Shown here one piece after another: positions 9,067-18,002 of a stretch of DNA of 25,737 nt; within the stretch, counting starts at the first letter, position 1, and the number at the start of each line of letters is the position of its first letter. The notes under the pieces were generated by a model. It ran no database searches. It was not told the DNA's origin and saw only the letters and a program-made list of their open reading frames with translations. The stretch covers positions 1-25,737 of the forward strand of contig JANNWY010000128.1 in the NCBI GenBank assembly GCA_031409335.1, in the 5' to 3' direction. The stretch comes from Chthoniobacteraceae bacterium (GTDB lineage: Bacteria > Verrucomicrobiota > Verrucomicrobiia > Chthoniobacterales > Chthoniobacteraceae). The translations under genes and the position numbers were made by a program.

Positions 9067-11028
9067 ATGAACGATTTCCGAATCCGCATCGAATCTGCCG
9101 CGGACGCAGGCCAGCTTCTGAAAAGCAGCGCGCAAAATATTTTGTCCATGCTCGATCGCAGCGATTCGCCGATCGTCGGGGAGAGCATCGCCGAGCTCGT
9201 CGAGGGCGGGCAGTGGGAGGAATTGAACGACCGCTTTTTCAGGACGATCGCCTTTGGCACCGGCGGACTTCGCGGACGGGCGATCGGGAAAATCGTGACG
9301 GTCGCCGAGCGCGGCGAGCCACAGCCGCTCGACCGTCCGCAGCATCCGTGCGTGGGCACGAATGCGATGAACTTTTACAACATCAGCCGCGCCACGCAGG
9401 GGCTCGTGGCATACTTGAAGGGTTGGTTTTCCAAGAACCAAATCCCCGGTCGGCCGAGCCTCGTCGTCGCGCATGACACACGGCATTTCTCGCGCGATTT
9501 CACCGATCTCGTCGCGTGCGTGGCGACGGAAAATGGATGCGATGTTTTCGTCTTCGACGGGCCGCGCTCGACGCCACAGTTGTCCTTCAGTGTGCGCTGG
9601 AAAAATGCGACCGCGGGCATCGTCATCACGGCCAGCCACAACCCGCCGCATGACAATGGCTACAAAGTGTATTTCAACGATGGCGCGCAGATCGTGGAGC
9701 CGCACGCGAGCGGGATCATCGCGCGGGTGAATGCGGTGGAATCGGACAGCTACGAATCGCTGCCCGACGAATCGAAAGGCAAACTCACCGTGCTCGGCGC
9801 GGATGCGGACACGGCTTACATGGATCGTCTGGAATCGCTGGTCCTCGACCGCGCGCTGATCGCGAAGAGCGATCTGAAAATCGTCTTCAGTTCCATCCAC
9901 GGCGTGGGCGGAATCATCACGCTGCCGATGCTGGATCGTCTGGGATTCAAATACGGCACGGTGCCCGAGCAGGACGTGCAGGATGGGCGTTTCCCGACGG
10001 TGAAATCGCCGAACCCGGAGAACGCCGAAGCCCTCGCGCTTGGCATCGCGCTGGCGAAAAAGGAGAACGCCGATCTGCTCGTGGCGACGGACCCGGATTG
10101 CGATCGCATGGGCGTCGCGGTGCGGAATGACGCGGGCGAAATGGTGCTGCTGACGGGCAATCAGATCGGCTCGCTGATGGCGTGGTATCGCGTGACGAAG
10201 CTGATCGAGCAGGGCGTCATCACGCCGCAGAACGCGAGCCGCTGCGTGATCGTGAAAACCTTCGTGACGACCGATCTGCAAAAGGCGATTGCCGTGAAGA
10301 ACGGCCTGCGCTGCGTCGAGACGCTCACCGGTTTCAAATACATCGGCGAAAAACTCGGCAAGTATGAGCACCATCTCCCCGAGGCGATGCAACTCGGCTA
10401 CCGGCTGCAGCCCGAAAGCAAAACGCGCGCATTGAGGCTGCAGCTTTCGACCTATTACGTCTGCGGCGGCGAGGAAAGCTACGGCTACAGCGCGGCGGAT
10501 TTTGTGCGCGACAAGGATGCCAACGGCGCGGTCGTCGTCTTCGCGGAAGTCGCCGCCTACGCGAAATCGCGCGGGTTCACGCTCACCGGATTGCTCGACG
10601 AGATCTACGCGGAATACGGCTTCTACTTTGAAAAGAACGGCACGCTCACTTTCGAGGGCGCGGAAGGCGCGGCGCAGATCGCGGCACTCGCGGCTTCGTA
10701 CGCGGCGCATCCGCCGGCGGAGATTCTCGGCGTCGCCGTCACGGGCACGCGCAACTTCGCAGCGGAGACACTCATCGACATTGAGGGCGACGAAATCCCA
10801 AAAGAAAAAATGCTGATGATCGACCTCGCGGACGGACGCCGCATCGCCGTCCGCCCGAGCGGCACCGAGCCGAAGATCAAATTTTACATGTTCGCCCACA
10901 GACTTCCCGCGCCCGGCGAACGCTTCACCAGCGCACGGCTCGCGGAGATCAAAGTGGATGTGAAATCATCCATCGACGCCGCGTGGGAATGGGCGCAGAA
11001 AGACGCGGCGGAACGACTCGAAAAATAG
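9067..11028 (+). CDS. Phospho-sugar mutase (alpha-D-phosphohexomutase, PGM/PMM family)
   Basis: FGTGGLRG, phosphoserine loop TASHNP, metal loop DPDCDR, sugar loop GEES and phosphate loop RPSGTEPKIKFY. GTG 9064 is an alternative start. Confidence 0.95.
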   Translation: MNDFRIRIESAADAGQLLKSSAQNILSMLDRSDSPIVGESIAELVEGGQWEELNDRFFRTIAFGTGGLRGRAIGKIVTVAERGEPQPLDRPQHPCVGTNAMNFYNISRATQGLVAYLKGWFSKNQIPGRPSLVVAHDTRHFSRDFTDLVACVATENGCDVFVFDGPRSTPQLSFSVRWKNATAGIVITASHNPPHDNGYKVYFNDGAQIVEPHASGIIARVNAVESDSYESLPDESKGKLTVLGADADTAYMDRLESLVLDRALIAKSDLKIVFSSIHGVGGIITLPMLDRLGFKYGTVPEQDVQDGRFPTVKSPNPENAEALALGIALAKKENADLLVATDPDCDRMGVAVRNDAGEMVLLTGNQIGSLMAWYRVTKLIEQGVITPQNASRCVIVKTFVTTDLQKAIAVKNGLRCVETLTGFKYIGEKLGKYEHHLPEAMQLGYRLQPESKTRALRLQLSTYYVCGGEESYGYSAADFVRDKDANGAVVVFAEVAAYAKSRGFTLTGLLDEIYAEYGFYFEKNGTLTFEGAEGAAQIAALAASYAAHPPAEILGVAVTGTRNFAAETLIDIEGDEIPKEKMLMIDLADGRRIAVRPSGTEPKIKFYMFAHRLPAPGERFTSARLAEIKVDVKSSIDAAWEWAQKDAAERLEK

Positions 11029-11038
11029 AACCACTCAT

Positions 11039-11341
11039 ATGGACATTAGCTTGGACGGTGGAGAAATCACAGTGCTCAAGGCGATCGGCCTGGGCGGAAG
11101 CGAAGTGGATGGCGAGACGCTGCTCGCGCGCGCCGCGCCCATGGACGCGGCGGAGATCATCGACACCCTGCAAGGGCTCGTGATGCTCGGCTACGTATCC
11201 GCGGACAACAGCACGTTCCACGCGCTCGAAGAAATGAAGAAGATGAACTTCCGCGTGAACTCCGGTTATTCAAAAGACCTGAAGGAATCGCTCGATCCGC
11301 AGCCGCAGAAGGGGAAGAGCAAGCGCGTGCGGCGGGAGTGA
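11039..11341 (+). CDS. Small hypothetical protein (100 aa; possibly winged-helix-like, basic C-terminal tail)
   Basis: Clean ORF 10 nt after the mutase stop, with typical codon usage, filling the gap before lnt. Function not recognised. Confidence 0.8.
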   Translation: MDISLDGGEITVLKAIGLGGSEVDGETLLARAAPMDAAEIIDTLQGLVMLGYVSADNSTFHALEEMKKMNFRVNSGYSKDLKESLDPQPQKGKSKRVRRE

Positions 11342-11348
11342 TGCATCG

Positions 11349-11383
11349 GATTTCAGATTGTCGATTTCAGATTTCAGATTGAA
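11349..11383. repeat. Heptamer tandem array (GATTTCA consensus, 5 units)
   Basis: GATTTCA GATTGTC GATTTCA GATTTCA GATTGAA. Confidence 0.8.
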
Positions 11384-12956
11384 GGCCGCCTGGCCCTGGC
11401 TCGCGGCGGCGGCGAGCGGTGCATTGCTGGCGCTTTGTTTTGCACCATGGAAAATCACGCCGCTCGTGTGGGTCGCGCTCGCGCCGCTCATCTGCGCGAT
11501 CTGGTTTTCGCCTCCACCAGCAAAGCGGCCCGGACTGCGCGCGGCGCAGCTCGGCTACGTCGCGGGACTCGTGTTTTTCACCGCGGTCTTTTACTGGCTC
11601 GGCGCGCTCGCCCCGCTTTTCGAATCGCCGTGGCTCTACACACTCCCGCTGCTGCTCGCGCTGATCTTCGGATTCTACTTCGCGTTTTGGGCTTGGTTCC
11701 TCGCGCGCATTCTCGCGCCCGATGCGGACTGGCGGATGTTTCGGAATTCGTGGAGCAATCTCGCGACGGGCGCGCTCGCCGCGACCGCGTGGATCACACA
11801 CGAATGGGTGCGCGGCTGGCTCTTCAGCGGTTTCGGCTGGAACAATCTCGGTGTCGCGCTGCACGCCGATCTTCCCATGATCCAGATCGCCGATCTCACC
11901 GGCGTCGCTGGCCTGTCATGGCTCGTCGTATTTGTGAACGTGATGATTGTCATCGTCGTCCGGCGCATCATCGGCGAACTCGGCCCGCTGTTCATGAAAC
12001 GCATCCGGTGGGAATTCAGCATCAGCGTCGCCGTGGTCGTCTGCGTCTTCACCTACGGGGTGCGGTCGATTTTGGAAAAGGCGCCGGAAACCGTCCTGCT
12101 CCGCGTGACGGCGGTGCAGCCGAACATCCCGCAGGCCGTGAAATTCTCCGCCGATGGCGAGGATGAAATCTTCCACCAACTCGGCAAACTCACCGAACTC
12201 GCGATCGCCGCAAACAACCCGGAACTCCTGATCTGGCCTGAATCCGCCACCCCGCGCGGCATGTATGCGGATGAAGCGAATTACCATTTTGTGATGGATC
12301 ACGCGCGGCTGGCGGGGGGCGGATTTTTGCTCGGGACCGTGGAGGACGACCCGACCGATGGCGTCTCCTTCAACACCGCGAAACTTCTCACCGCACGCGG
12401 CGAAACCGAGCAAACGTATCGCAAAATGCACCTCGTCCCCTTCGGCGAATACCTTCCGCTGCGAGCCATCTTCGGCCCAATCGCAGGCGAACTTGTCCCC
12501 GGCGATTTTGCGCATGGCGAACAGCCACTCGTCTTCGACCTGCCCTCGCCTGCGTTGAAAATCGGCGCGCTGATTTGTTTTGAAGACACGCTCGGCGACC
12601 TCACCCGGCGCTTCGTGCAAAACGGCGCGCAGCTCCTCGTCAACATCACCAACGACGGCTGGTTTCTCCAAACCGCCGGAGCAGAGCAGCACCTCGCCAA
12701 CGCCGTATTCCGCGCCGTCGAAAACCGCCGCCCACTCGTCCGCTGCACAAACACGGGTGTCACCTGCTCCATCGACCGCAACGGTCACGTCGATCAATGG
12801 CTGCGCCCATTTCAGCAAGGCTTCGCCGCGCGCACCGTCAAAGTCCCCGCAGCTTCACCGCTCACTTTCTACACCCGCCACGGCGAATGGCTCGCGCAGC
12901 TCGCCGCGATCCTGTCGGTGCTCGCAATTTTTCGCCGCCGCTTCGCGCGAAAATGA
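11379..12956 (+). CDS. lnt: Apolipoprotein N-acyltransferase
   Basis: Multi-pass membrane N-terminus plus a nitrilase-fold domain with VQPNI, WPES (Glu), YRKMHLVPFGEY (Lys), LICFED (Cys) and NITNDGWF. The start is TTG 11379 or TTG 11358. Confidence 0.95.
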   Translation: MKAAWPWLAAAASGALLALCFAPWKITPLVWVALAPLICAIWFSPPPAKRPGLRAAQLGYVAGLVFFTAVFYWLGALAPLFESPWLYTLPLLLALIFGFYFAFWAWFLARILAPDADWRMFRNSWSNLATGALAATAWITHEWVRGWLFSGFGWNNLGVALHADLPMIQIADLTGVAGLSWLVVFVNVMIVIVVRRIIGELGPLFMKRIRWEFSISVAVVVCVFTYGVRSILEKAPETVLLRVTAVQPNIPQAVKFSADGEDEIFHQLGKLTELAIAANNPELLIWPESATPRGMYADEANYHFVMDHARLAGGGFLLGTVEDDPTDGVSFNTAKLLTARGETEQTYRKMHLVPFGEYLPLRAIFGPIAGELVPGDFAHGEQPLVFDLPSPALKIGALICFEDTLGDLTRRFVQNGAQLLVNITNDGWFLQTAGAEQHLANAVFRAVENRRPLVRCTNTGVTCSIDRNGHVDQWLRPFQQGFAARTVKVPAASPLTFYTRHGEWLAQLAAILSVLAIFRRRFARK

Positions 12957-13699
12957 ACCCGCGATCGCTGGTCGTGTCGCTGCACGATGTCTCGCCGCGG
13001 ACTCGCGCCGCATGCGATCAAATCCTCGGTGAACTCCGCGCACTTGGCGTGCAAGCGACTTCGCTGCTCATCATTCCCGATCATCATCATCGCGGACATT
13101 TCCTGGCCGACGCGGCATTCTGCGACTGGCTCCGCGCGCAATCCCGGCTCGGGCACGAGGCCGTGATCCACGGCTACTTTCACCAGCGCGCGCGCCGCGC
13201 TGGAGAAACGCCGGTCGCGAAAGCGATGACACGCATCTACACCGCGGATGAAGGCGAATTCTACGACCTCGACCGCGCCGCCGCGCGAGAACTCGTGAAC
13301 AAGGCGCGTGAAGAATTTCGCAGTATCGGTCTGAATCCGATCGGTTTCATCGCGCCCGCGTGGCTGCTCGGCGCGGAAGCGGAAGCGGCCCTGCGCGAAC
13401 TCGAGATCGAATACACGACGCTCCTCGGCAGCGTCGTCGATTTCAAACGCGACAAGTCGCATGCCTCGCAATCACTCGTCTGGAGCGTGCGCAGCGCGTG
13501 GCGTCGCGCGGTGAGCCGGTTGTGGAATGCACTTCTCTTTCGACGACTCGCGGCGAATCCGCTGATGCGCATTTCCATTCATCCCGTGGATATCGAGCAC
13601 CCGGCGATTTGGCGGCAGATTCGTGCGCTCATCGTGCGGGCGCTTGCCGATAGAAAGGCGCTGACCTATCACGCATGGCTCACGTCGCTTGAAAGCTGA
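12953..13699 (+). CDS. Polysaccharide deacetylase-like protein (DUF2334 / NodB-like)
   Basis: MNPRSLVVSLHDVSP, IHGYFH, EGEF, GFIAPAW and RISIHPVD. ATG 12953 overlaps the lnt stop (ATGA). Confidence 0.85.
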   Translation: MNPRSLVVSLHDVSPRTRAACDQILGELRALGVQATSLLIIPDHHHRGHFLADAAFCDWLRAQSRLGHEAVIHGYFHQRARRAGETPVAKAMTRIYTADEGEFYDLDRAAARELVNKAREEFRSIGLNPIGFIAPAWLLGAEAEAALRELEIEYTTLLGSVVDFKRDKSHASQSLVWSVRSAWRRAVSRLWNALLFRRLAANPLMRISIHPVDIEHPAIWRQIRALIVRALADRKALTYHAWLTSLES

Positions 13700-16073
13700 T
13701 CTCCACCTCCACTCCAAATACAGCGACCGCGCCGCCGAGTGGCTCTTCCGCCGCGCAGGGCTGCCGGACAGCTATTCGGAACCTTGCGCGCTTTACGATC
13801 GGCTCCGCGAGCGTGGCATGGATTTCATTACGCTCACCGATCACAACCGGATCGAAGGCTGCCTCGAAATCGCTGATCGTCCCGGCGTCTTCGTCTCGGA
13901 GCAAATCAGCACGCGCTTTCCCGATGACCGTTGCGAAGTTCACGTGCTCGTTTGGGGAATCGACGAAGCGCAGCACCGCGAGATTCAGGCGGTGCGGGAG
14001 AATATCTTCGAGCTGCAAAAGTATCTCGCCGGGCAGAATCTCGCGCACGCCGTGGCGCATCCGCTGCATCGCCTCGATGACCGGCTCAACGTCGCGCATA
14101 TCGAAAAACTGGTGCTGCTGTTCCGGCATTTTGAAGGAGTGAACGGATTGCGCGCGGGTTTGCTTGGTGAAGTCACTCGCTTCGCATTCGGCGGACTGAC
14201 GGCGGCGAAAATCGACGCGCTCGCGAACAAACACGGCTTCGCGCCGACACACGCGGAGCCGTGGCGGAAGGTTTTCATCGCTGGCTCGGACGATCACGGC
14301 GGGATGTTTCCCGCATCCGCTTTCACGGAAACTCCGACCGCGGCGGGCGCATCCGAATTCCTCACGCACATTCGGGAAGGCCGCTGCGAAGTGTGCGGCA
14401 AGGGCGGCACTCCGCTCGCGCTGTCACACGGGCTTTACAACAACGTGCGCCATTTTCTCGAAGCAAAGATTTCCGGCGCGGACTCGGCGAGCCTGCTCGG
14501 CAAGGCATTCTCCCGCTTCATGGAAGGCGAAGACCCGACGGAGTTTTCGTGGACGGACAAGCTCGGCTTCATCGCGCAGGGCATCGCGAGCGGAAAGATT
14601 TTCGAACTGGCGAAACCCGCGAACGCTTCGCTGTGGAAACAGTTTGCCGGATACTTTTCGCAGACCGATGTGAAAGGCCTGCTCGCGCGCGAAACCAACG
14701 GCATCGTCGAGCCCGAGCGCCGCGCGTTTGTCATCGCGAACTTCTTCGCGAACCAGCTCGCGTTCCGATTCTTCACGAGTTTCGTGAAGCGCGTTTCGGG
14801 CGGAAACATCATCGAGGCGATCCAGGAAATCAGCGTCATGCTCCCGTTGCTCGCGACGCTCGGGCCGTATCTCTACGCCTTTCGCAGCCAGGCACCCGAT
14901 CGCGCTTGGCTGGAAAATGTTTCGCTCGCGCTCGCCAATGCGAAGCCGCCGCAGCTCGCGAATACCAAACGCGCGTGGTTCACCGACACGCTGGAAGACG
15001 TGAACGGCGTGGCCAACACCATCCGCAAACTCACCGCCGCTGTCGTCGCACATGGGCACGATCTCACCGTCGTCACGTCGCGCGCGGAGGTTCACATCAC
15101 GGACATTCCGATCAAAAACTTCCCGCCGATCGGCGAGTTCGAGTTGCCGGAATACGAACTCCAAAAGCTCAGCTTTCCGCCGATCCTCCAAATCATCGAC
15201 TACATCGAGCGCGAAGGTTTCACCGAACTGATCATCAGCACGCCTGGCCCGATCGGACTCACCGCGCTGCTTGCCGGGAAGATGCTCGGCATCCGCACGA
15301 GCGGCATCTACCACACCGACTTCCCGCAATACGTCCGCATCCTCAGCGACGACTCGTTCATGGAATCGCTGACGTGGAATTTCATGAAATGGTTCTACGG
15401 CCAGCTTGATGTGCTCTACGTGAACAGCGAGGGCTACCGCCGCGCGTGGGTCGATCGCGGCATAGACGGCGGGCGCATCCAGATTCTCCCGCGCGGGCTG
15501 GATACGACGCTTTTTCATCCATCGCGGCGCGAGCCTGCCTTTTGGAAAGCCCACGGTGTCCCGACCGGAAATACTGTGCTGCTCTACGTTGGACGCGTTT
15601 CAAAAGAGAAGGATATCGATGTGATCGTCAGTGCGTGGAGCAAAATGAAACGGCCATCTACCTCGCTCGTCTTCGTCGGCGACGGCCCGTATTTGAAAGA
15701 ACTTCGCGCGCTGGTTCCCGACGCAATTTTCACCGGCTACCTCGGCGGGCTGGAACTCGCGCGCGCGTTTGCCTCGTCCGATGTGTTCCTGTTTCCGAGC
15801 ACGACGGACACGTACGGAAACGTGATCGTCGAATCTCTCGCGAGTGGGGTTCCGTGCATTGTCTCGGATCAAGGCGGGCCGAAAGATTTGATCGCGCACG
15901 GCCGGACCGGATTCATCACCCGCGCACTCGATGCGGAGGATTTTGCCAGTGCACTCGTCCGCCTCGCGGACGATTCCGCGCTGCGGGCGGCGATGGGTGT
16001 CGAGGCACATCGCACAGTGCAGAGCCGCGATTGGGCCGAGGCGGGGCGGCAGTTTTGGGCATCTGCGAATTGA
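13689..16073 (+). CDS. PHP-domain / GT4 (GT-B) glycosyltransferase fusion
   Basis: N-terminal PHP motifs DLHLHS, TLTDHN, AHP and GSDDH. C-terminal GT4 motifs FTDT...VNGV, YHTDFPQY, YVGRVSKEK and FPSTTDTYGNVIVESLASGVP. TTG start overlaps the upstream gene by 11 nt. Confidence 0.9.
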   Translation: MKADLHLHSKYSDRAAEWLFRRAGLPDSYSEPCALYDRLRERGMDFITLTDHNRIEGCLEIADRPGVFVSEQISTRFPDDRCEVHVLVWGIDEAQHREIQAVRENIFELQKYLAGQNLAHAVAHPLHRLDDRLNVAHIEKLVLLFRHFEGVNGLRAGLLGEVTRFAFGGLTAAKIDALANKHGFAPTHAEPWRKVFIAGSDDHGGMFPASAFTETPTAAGASEFLTHIREGRCEVCGKGGTPLALSHGLYNNVRHFLEAKISGADSASLLGKAFSRFMEGEDPTEFSWTDKLGFIAQGIASGKIFELAKPANASLWKQFAGYFSQTDVKGLLARETNGIVEPERRAFVIANFFANQLAFRFFTSFVKRVSGGNIIEAIQEISVMLPLLATLGPYLYAFRSQAPDRAWLENVSLALANAKPPQLANTKRAWFTDTLEDVNGVANTIRKLTAAVVAHGHDLTVVTSRAEVHITDIPIKNFPPIGEFELPEYELQKLSFPPILQIIDYIEREGFTELIISTPGPIGLTALLAGKMLGIRTSGIYHTDFPQYVRILSDDSFMESLTWNFMKWFYGQLDVLYVNSEGYRRAWVDRGIDGGRIQILPRGLDTTLFHPSRREPAFWKAHGVPTGNTVLLYVGRVSKEKDIDVIVSAWSKMKRPSTSLVFVGDGPYLKELRALVPDAIFTGYLGGLELARAFASSDVFLFPSTTDTYGNVIVESLASGVPCIVSDQGGPKDLIAHGRTGFITRALDAEDFASALVRLADDSALRAAMGVEAHRTVQSRDWAEAGRQFWASAN

Positions 16074-16084
16074 CCCACTTGCGA

Positions 16085-17965
16085 TCAGCCAGCGCGCAGG
16101 ATTCCCGTCTCGATCGCCGCGTGATCGCCCGCGAGCACGCGCTGGGCGAGCCTGTAGCCTGCCGCGTCGGTGTTGTGTCGGAGTGCCTCGAAAAGTCGCG
16201 CGACTTTTAGCCGGGAGTTTTTCGAGAAGAAGTCCGCGAGATCGACCGCTTCCTTCGTCCCAAGCGCCGACGCGCGCGAACACGCCGCGCCGATCGCGAA
16301 GAGTTCCGTCGCGAGATCGACGAACCGCCCGAGCAATACCTGCTCGCGCTCCAGCTTCGGTCCAAACCACGCCATCGCGTGAAACAACCGGCGCGCCATT
16401 TTGCGCGAAGCACCCGCCGCCCAGCGCAGATGCCGCGCGAGACGCGAATCCAAACCAGAAACCAGAAACGAGAAACCAGGAACCCACTGCTTCGGATACC
16501 ACGTCGCATAAAACATCCCCGCCTTCACCGCATCGCGCGCGCGTTCCTTCATCGGCCTGCGCGTATCGAGCACTGGCCCGCCGACTTTCAAATGCGGATC
16601 GAGCGCCTCCCGCGCGATGAAGAGTCGCATGATCTCGCTCGATCCCTCGAAGATCGTATTGATGCGCGAATCGCGAAACAACCGCTCAATCGGCACCGCT
16701 TCCTCGCCGCGCGCCGCCAGCGATTGCGCGGTCTCGTAGCCGCGCCCGCCGCGGATTTGCATGGCCGTGTCGATGTGCTCCCACGAGCGTTCCGTCGCCC
16801 ACAGTTTGCACATCGCTGCCTCGAGTCGCACGTCGGCGCTCTTGTCGCGATCGACGAGACTCGCCGCGTAAAACGACATCGCCTCCATCGCAAAAGTCTC
16901 CGACGCCATGCGCGCGATCTTCTCCGCAATCGCCGCGTGTTTGCCGATCGCCGCGCCCCACTGCACGCGATCCGCAGCCCAGCGGCGCGAGATTTCCAGG
17001 CAGCGCTTCGACAAGCCGGCGCACGCTGCGGGCAGCGTGAGACGGCCCGTGTTCAAAGTCGTGAGCGCCACTCGCAGGCCCTTGCCTTCGGCAAGCAGGA
17101 TGTTTTCGCGCGGCACTTTCACATCCGTGAAATGCACGACGCCGTTGTAAAGCGCGTGTAGTCCCATGAAGTGACACCGCCGCACGACCTCGACGCCCGG
17201 CGTGTTCATCTCGACGAGAAACGCGGTGATCTGGTTGCGCCCGTTCTTCGCCGGCGTGCGCGCCATCACCACGATCACGCCCGCCTTCACGCCGTTCGTA
17301 CACCACAGCTTTTCGCCATTGATGATGAAATGCGCGCCGTCCTCGGTCGGCTCCGCATGGGTCTCCATCTTCGCGGGGTCACTACCGACGCGCGTCTCGG
17401 TGAGCGCGAATGCCGACACTTCGCCCCCCGCCACGCGCGGCAGAAAGCGGTGCTTCTGCTCGTCCGTGCCGAACAGAATGAGCGGCTGCGGCACGCCAAT
17501 GGATTGATGCGCCGAGATCAGCGCGGTGAGATTTCCGCAGTAGCTCCCGAGTAGCATCGCCGCGCGGCAGTAGTTCGTCTGCGAAAGTCCAAGCCCGCCG
17601 TGATCGACCGGCACCTTGATGCCAAACGCGCCGAGTTTCGCGAGTCCCTCGAAGACGTGCTGCGGGATTTCGCCGGTGCGGTCGATCTCATCGGGATCGA
17701 CTTCGCGTTTCAAAAAATCCTCCAGCCGCTGCACGAATGCGTCGCCCTGATCGCGATCCTCCGCGCGCTGGAGCGGATACGGATGCAGCGCCGCGAAATC
17801 GAAGTCGCCCATGAACAGGCCGCTGATGAAACCATCGCGCGTGACCTCGCGCGTGACCTCGCGCGCGGCTTCGGTGAGTTCGAGCGCCTCGCGCTGCTCG
17901 CGCGACATTTTCGAGGTGTCGATGACGGAGGCGGGTTCGTCGGGTGGAAGTGTTTCGGTTTTCAT
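16085..17965 (-). CDS. Acyl-CoA dehydrogenase (long form with C-terminal extension, VLCAD/ACAD9-like)
   Basis: AHQSIG, AFALTE...GSD, NGEKLWCTNG, LNTGRL, QIRGGRGY and RDSRINTIFEGSSEI (catalytic Glu). Confidence 0.95.
   Translation of the reverse strand: MKTETLPPDEPASVIDTSKMSREQREALELTEAAREVTREVTRDGFISGLFMGDFDFAALHPYPLQRAEDRDQGDAFVQRLEDFLKREVDPDEIDRTGEIPQHVFEGLAKLGAFGIKVPVDHGGLGLSQTNYCRAAMLLGSYCGNLTALISAHQSIGVPQPLILFGTDEQKHRFLPRVAGGEVSAFALTETRVGSDPAKMETHAEPTEDGAHFIINGEKLWCTNGVKAGVIVVMARTPAKNGRNQITAFLVEMNTPGVEVVRRCHFMGLHALYNGVVHFTDVKVPRENILLAEGKGLRVALTTLNTGRLTLPAACAGLSKRCLEISRRWAADRVQWGAAIGKHAAIAEKIARMASETFAMEAMSFYAASLVDRDKSADVRLEAAMCKLWATERSWEHIDTAMQIRGGRGYETAQSLAARGEEAVPIERLFRDSRINTIFEGSSEIMRLFIAREALDPHLKVGGPVLDTRRPMKERARDAVKAGMFYATWYPKQWVPGFSFLVSGLDSRLARHLRWAAGASRKMARRLFHAMAWFGPKLEREQVLLGRFVDLATELFAIGAACSRASALGTKEAVDLADFFSKNSRLKVARLFEALRHNTDAAGYRLAQRVLAGDHAAIETGILRAG
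16452..16486. repeat. Heptamer tandem array (AAACCAG consensus) inside the acyl-CoA dehydrogenase CDS
   Basis: AAACCAG AAACCAG AAACGAG AAACCAG GAACCCA; read on the minus strand as WVPGFSFLVSGL. Confidence 0.75.
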
Positions 17966-18002
17966 ATTGGTGAGGCAAAGTGTGAACGCGCGGTCTGGGG
18001 AC

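Noticed and set aside
8941..10899. 652-aa minus-strand ORF
   Set aside because: It is an antisense shadow of the phosphohexomutase with no motifs, as expected in high-GC DNA.
16074..16084. Bidirectional terminator between the convergent GT4 and acyl-CoA dehydrogenase genes
   Set aside because: The gap is only 11 nt, with no hairpin or T-tract.
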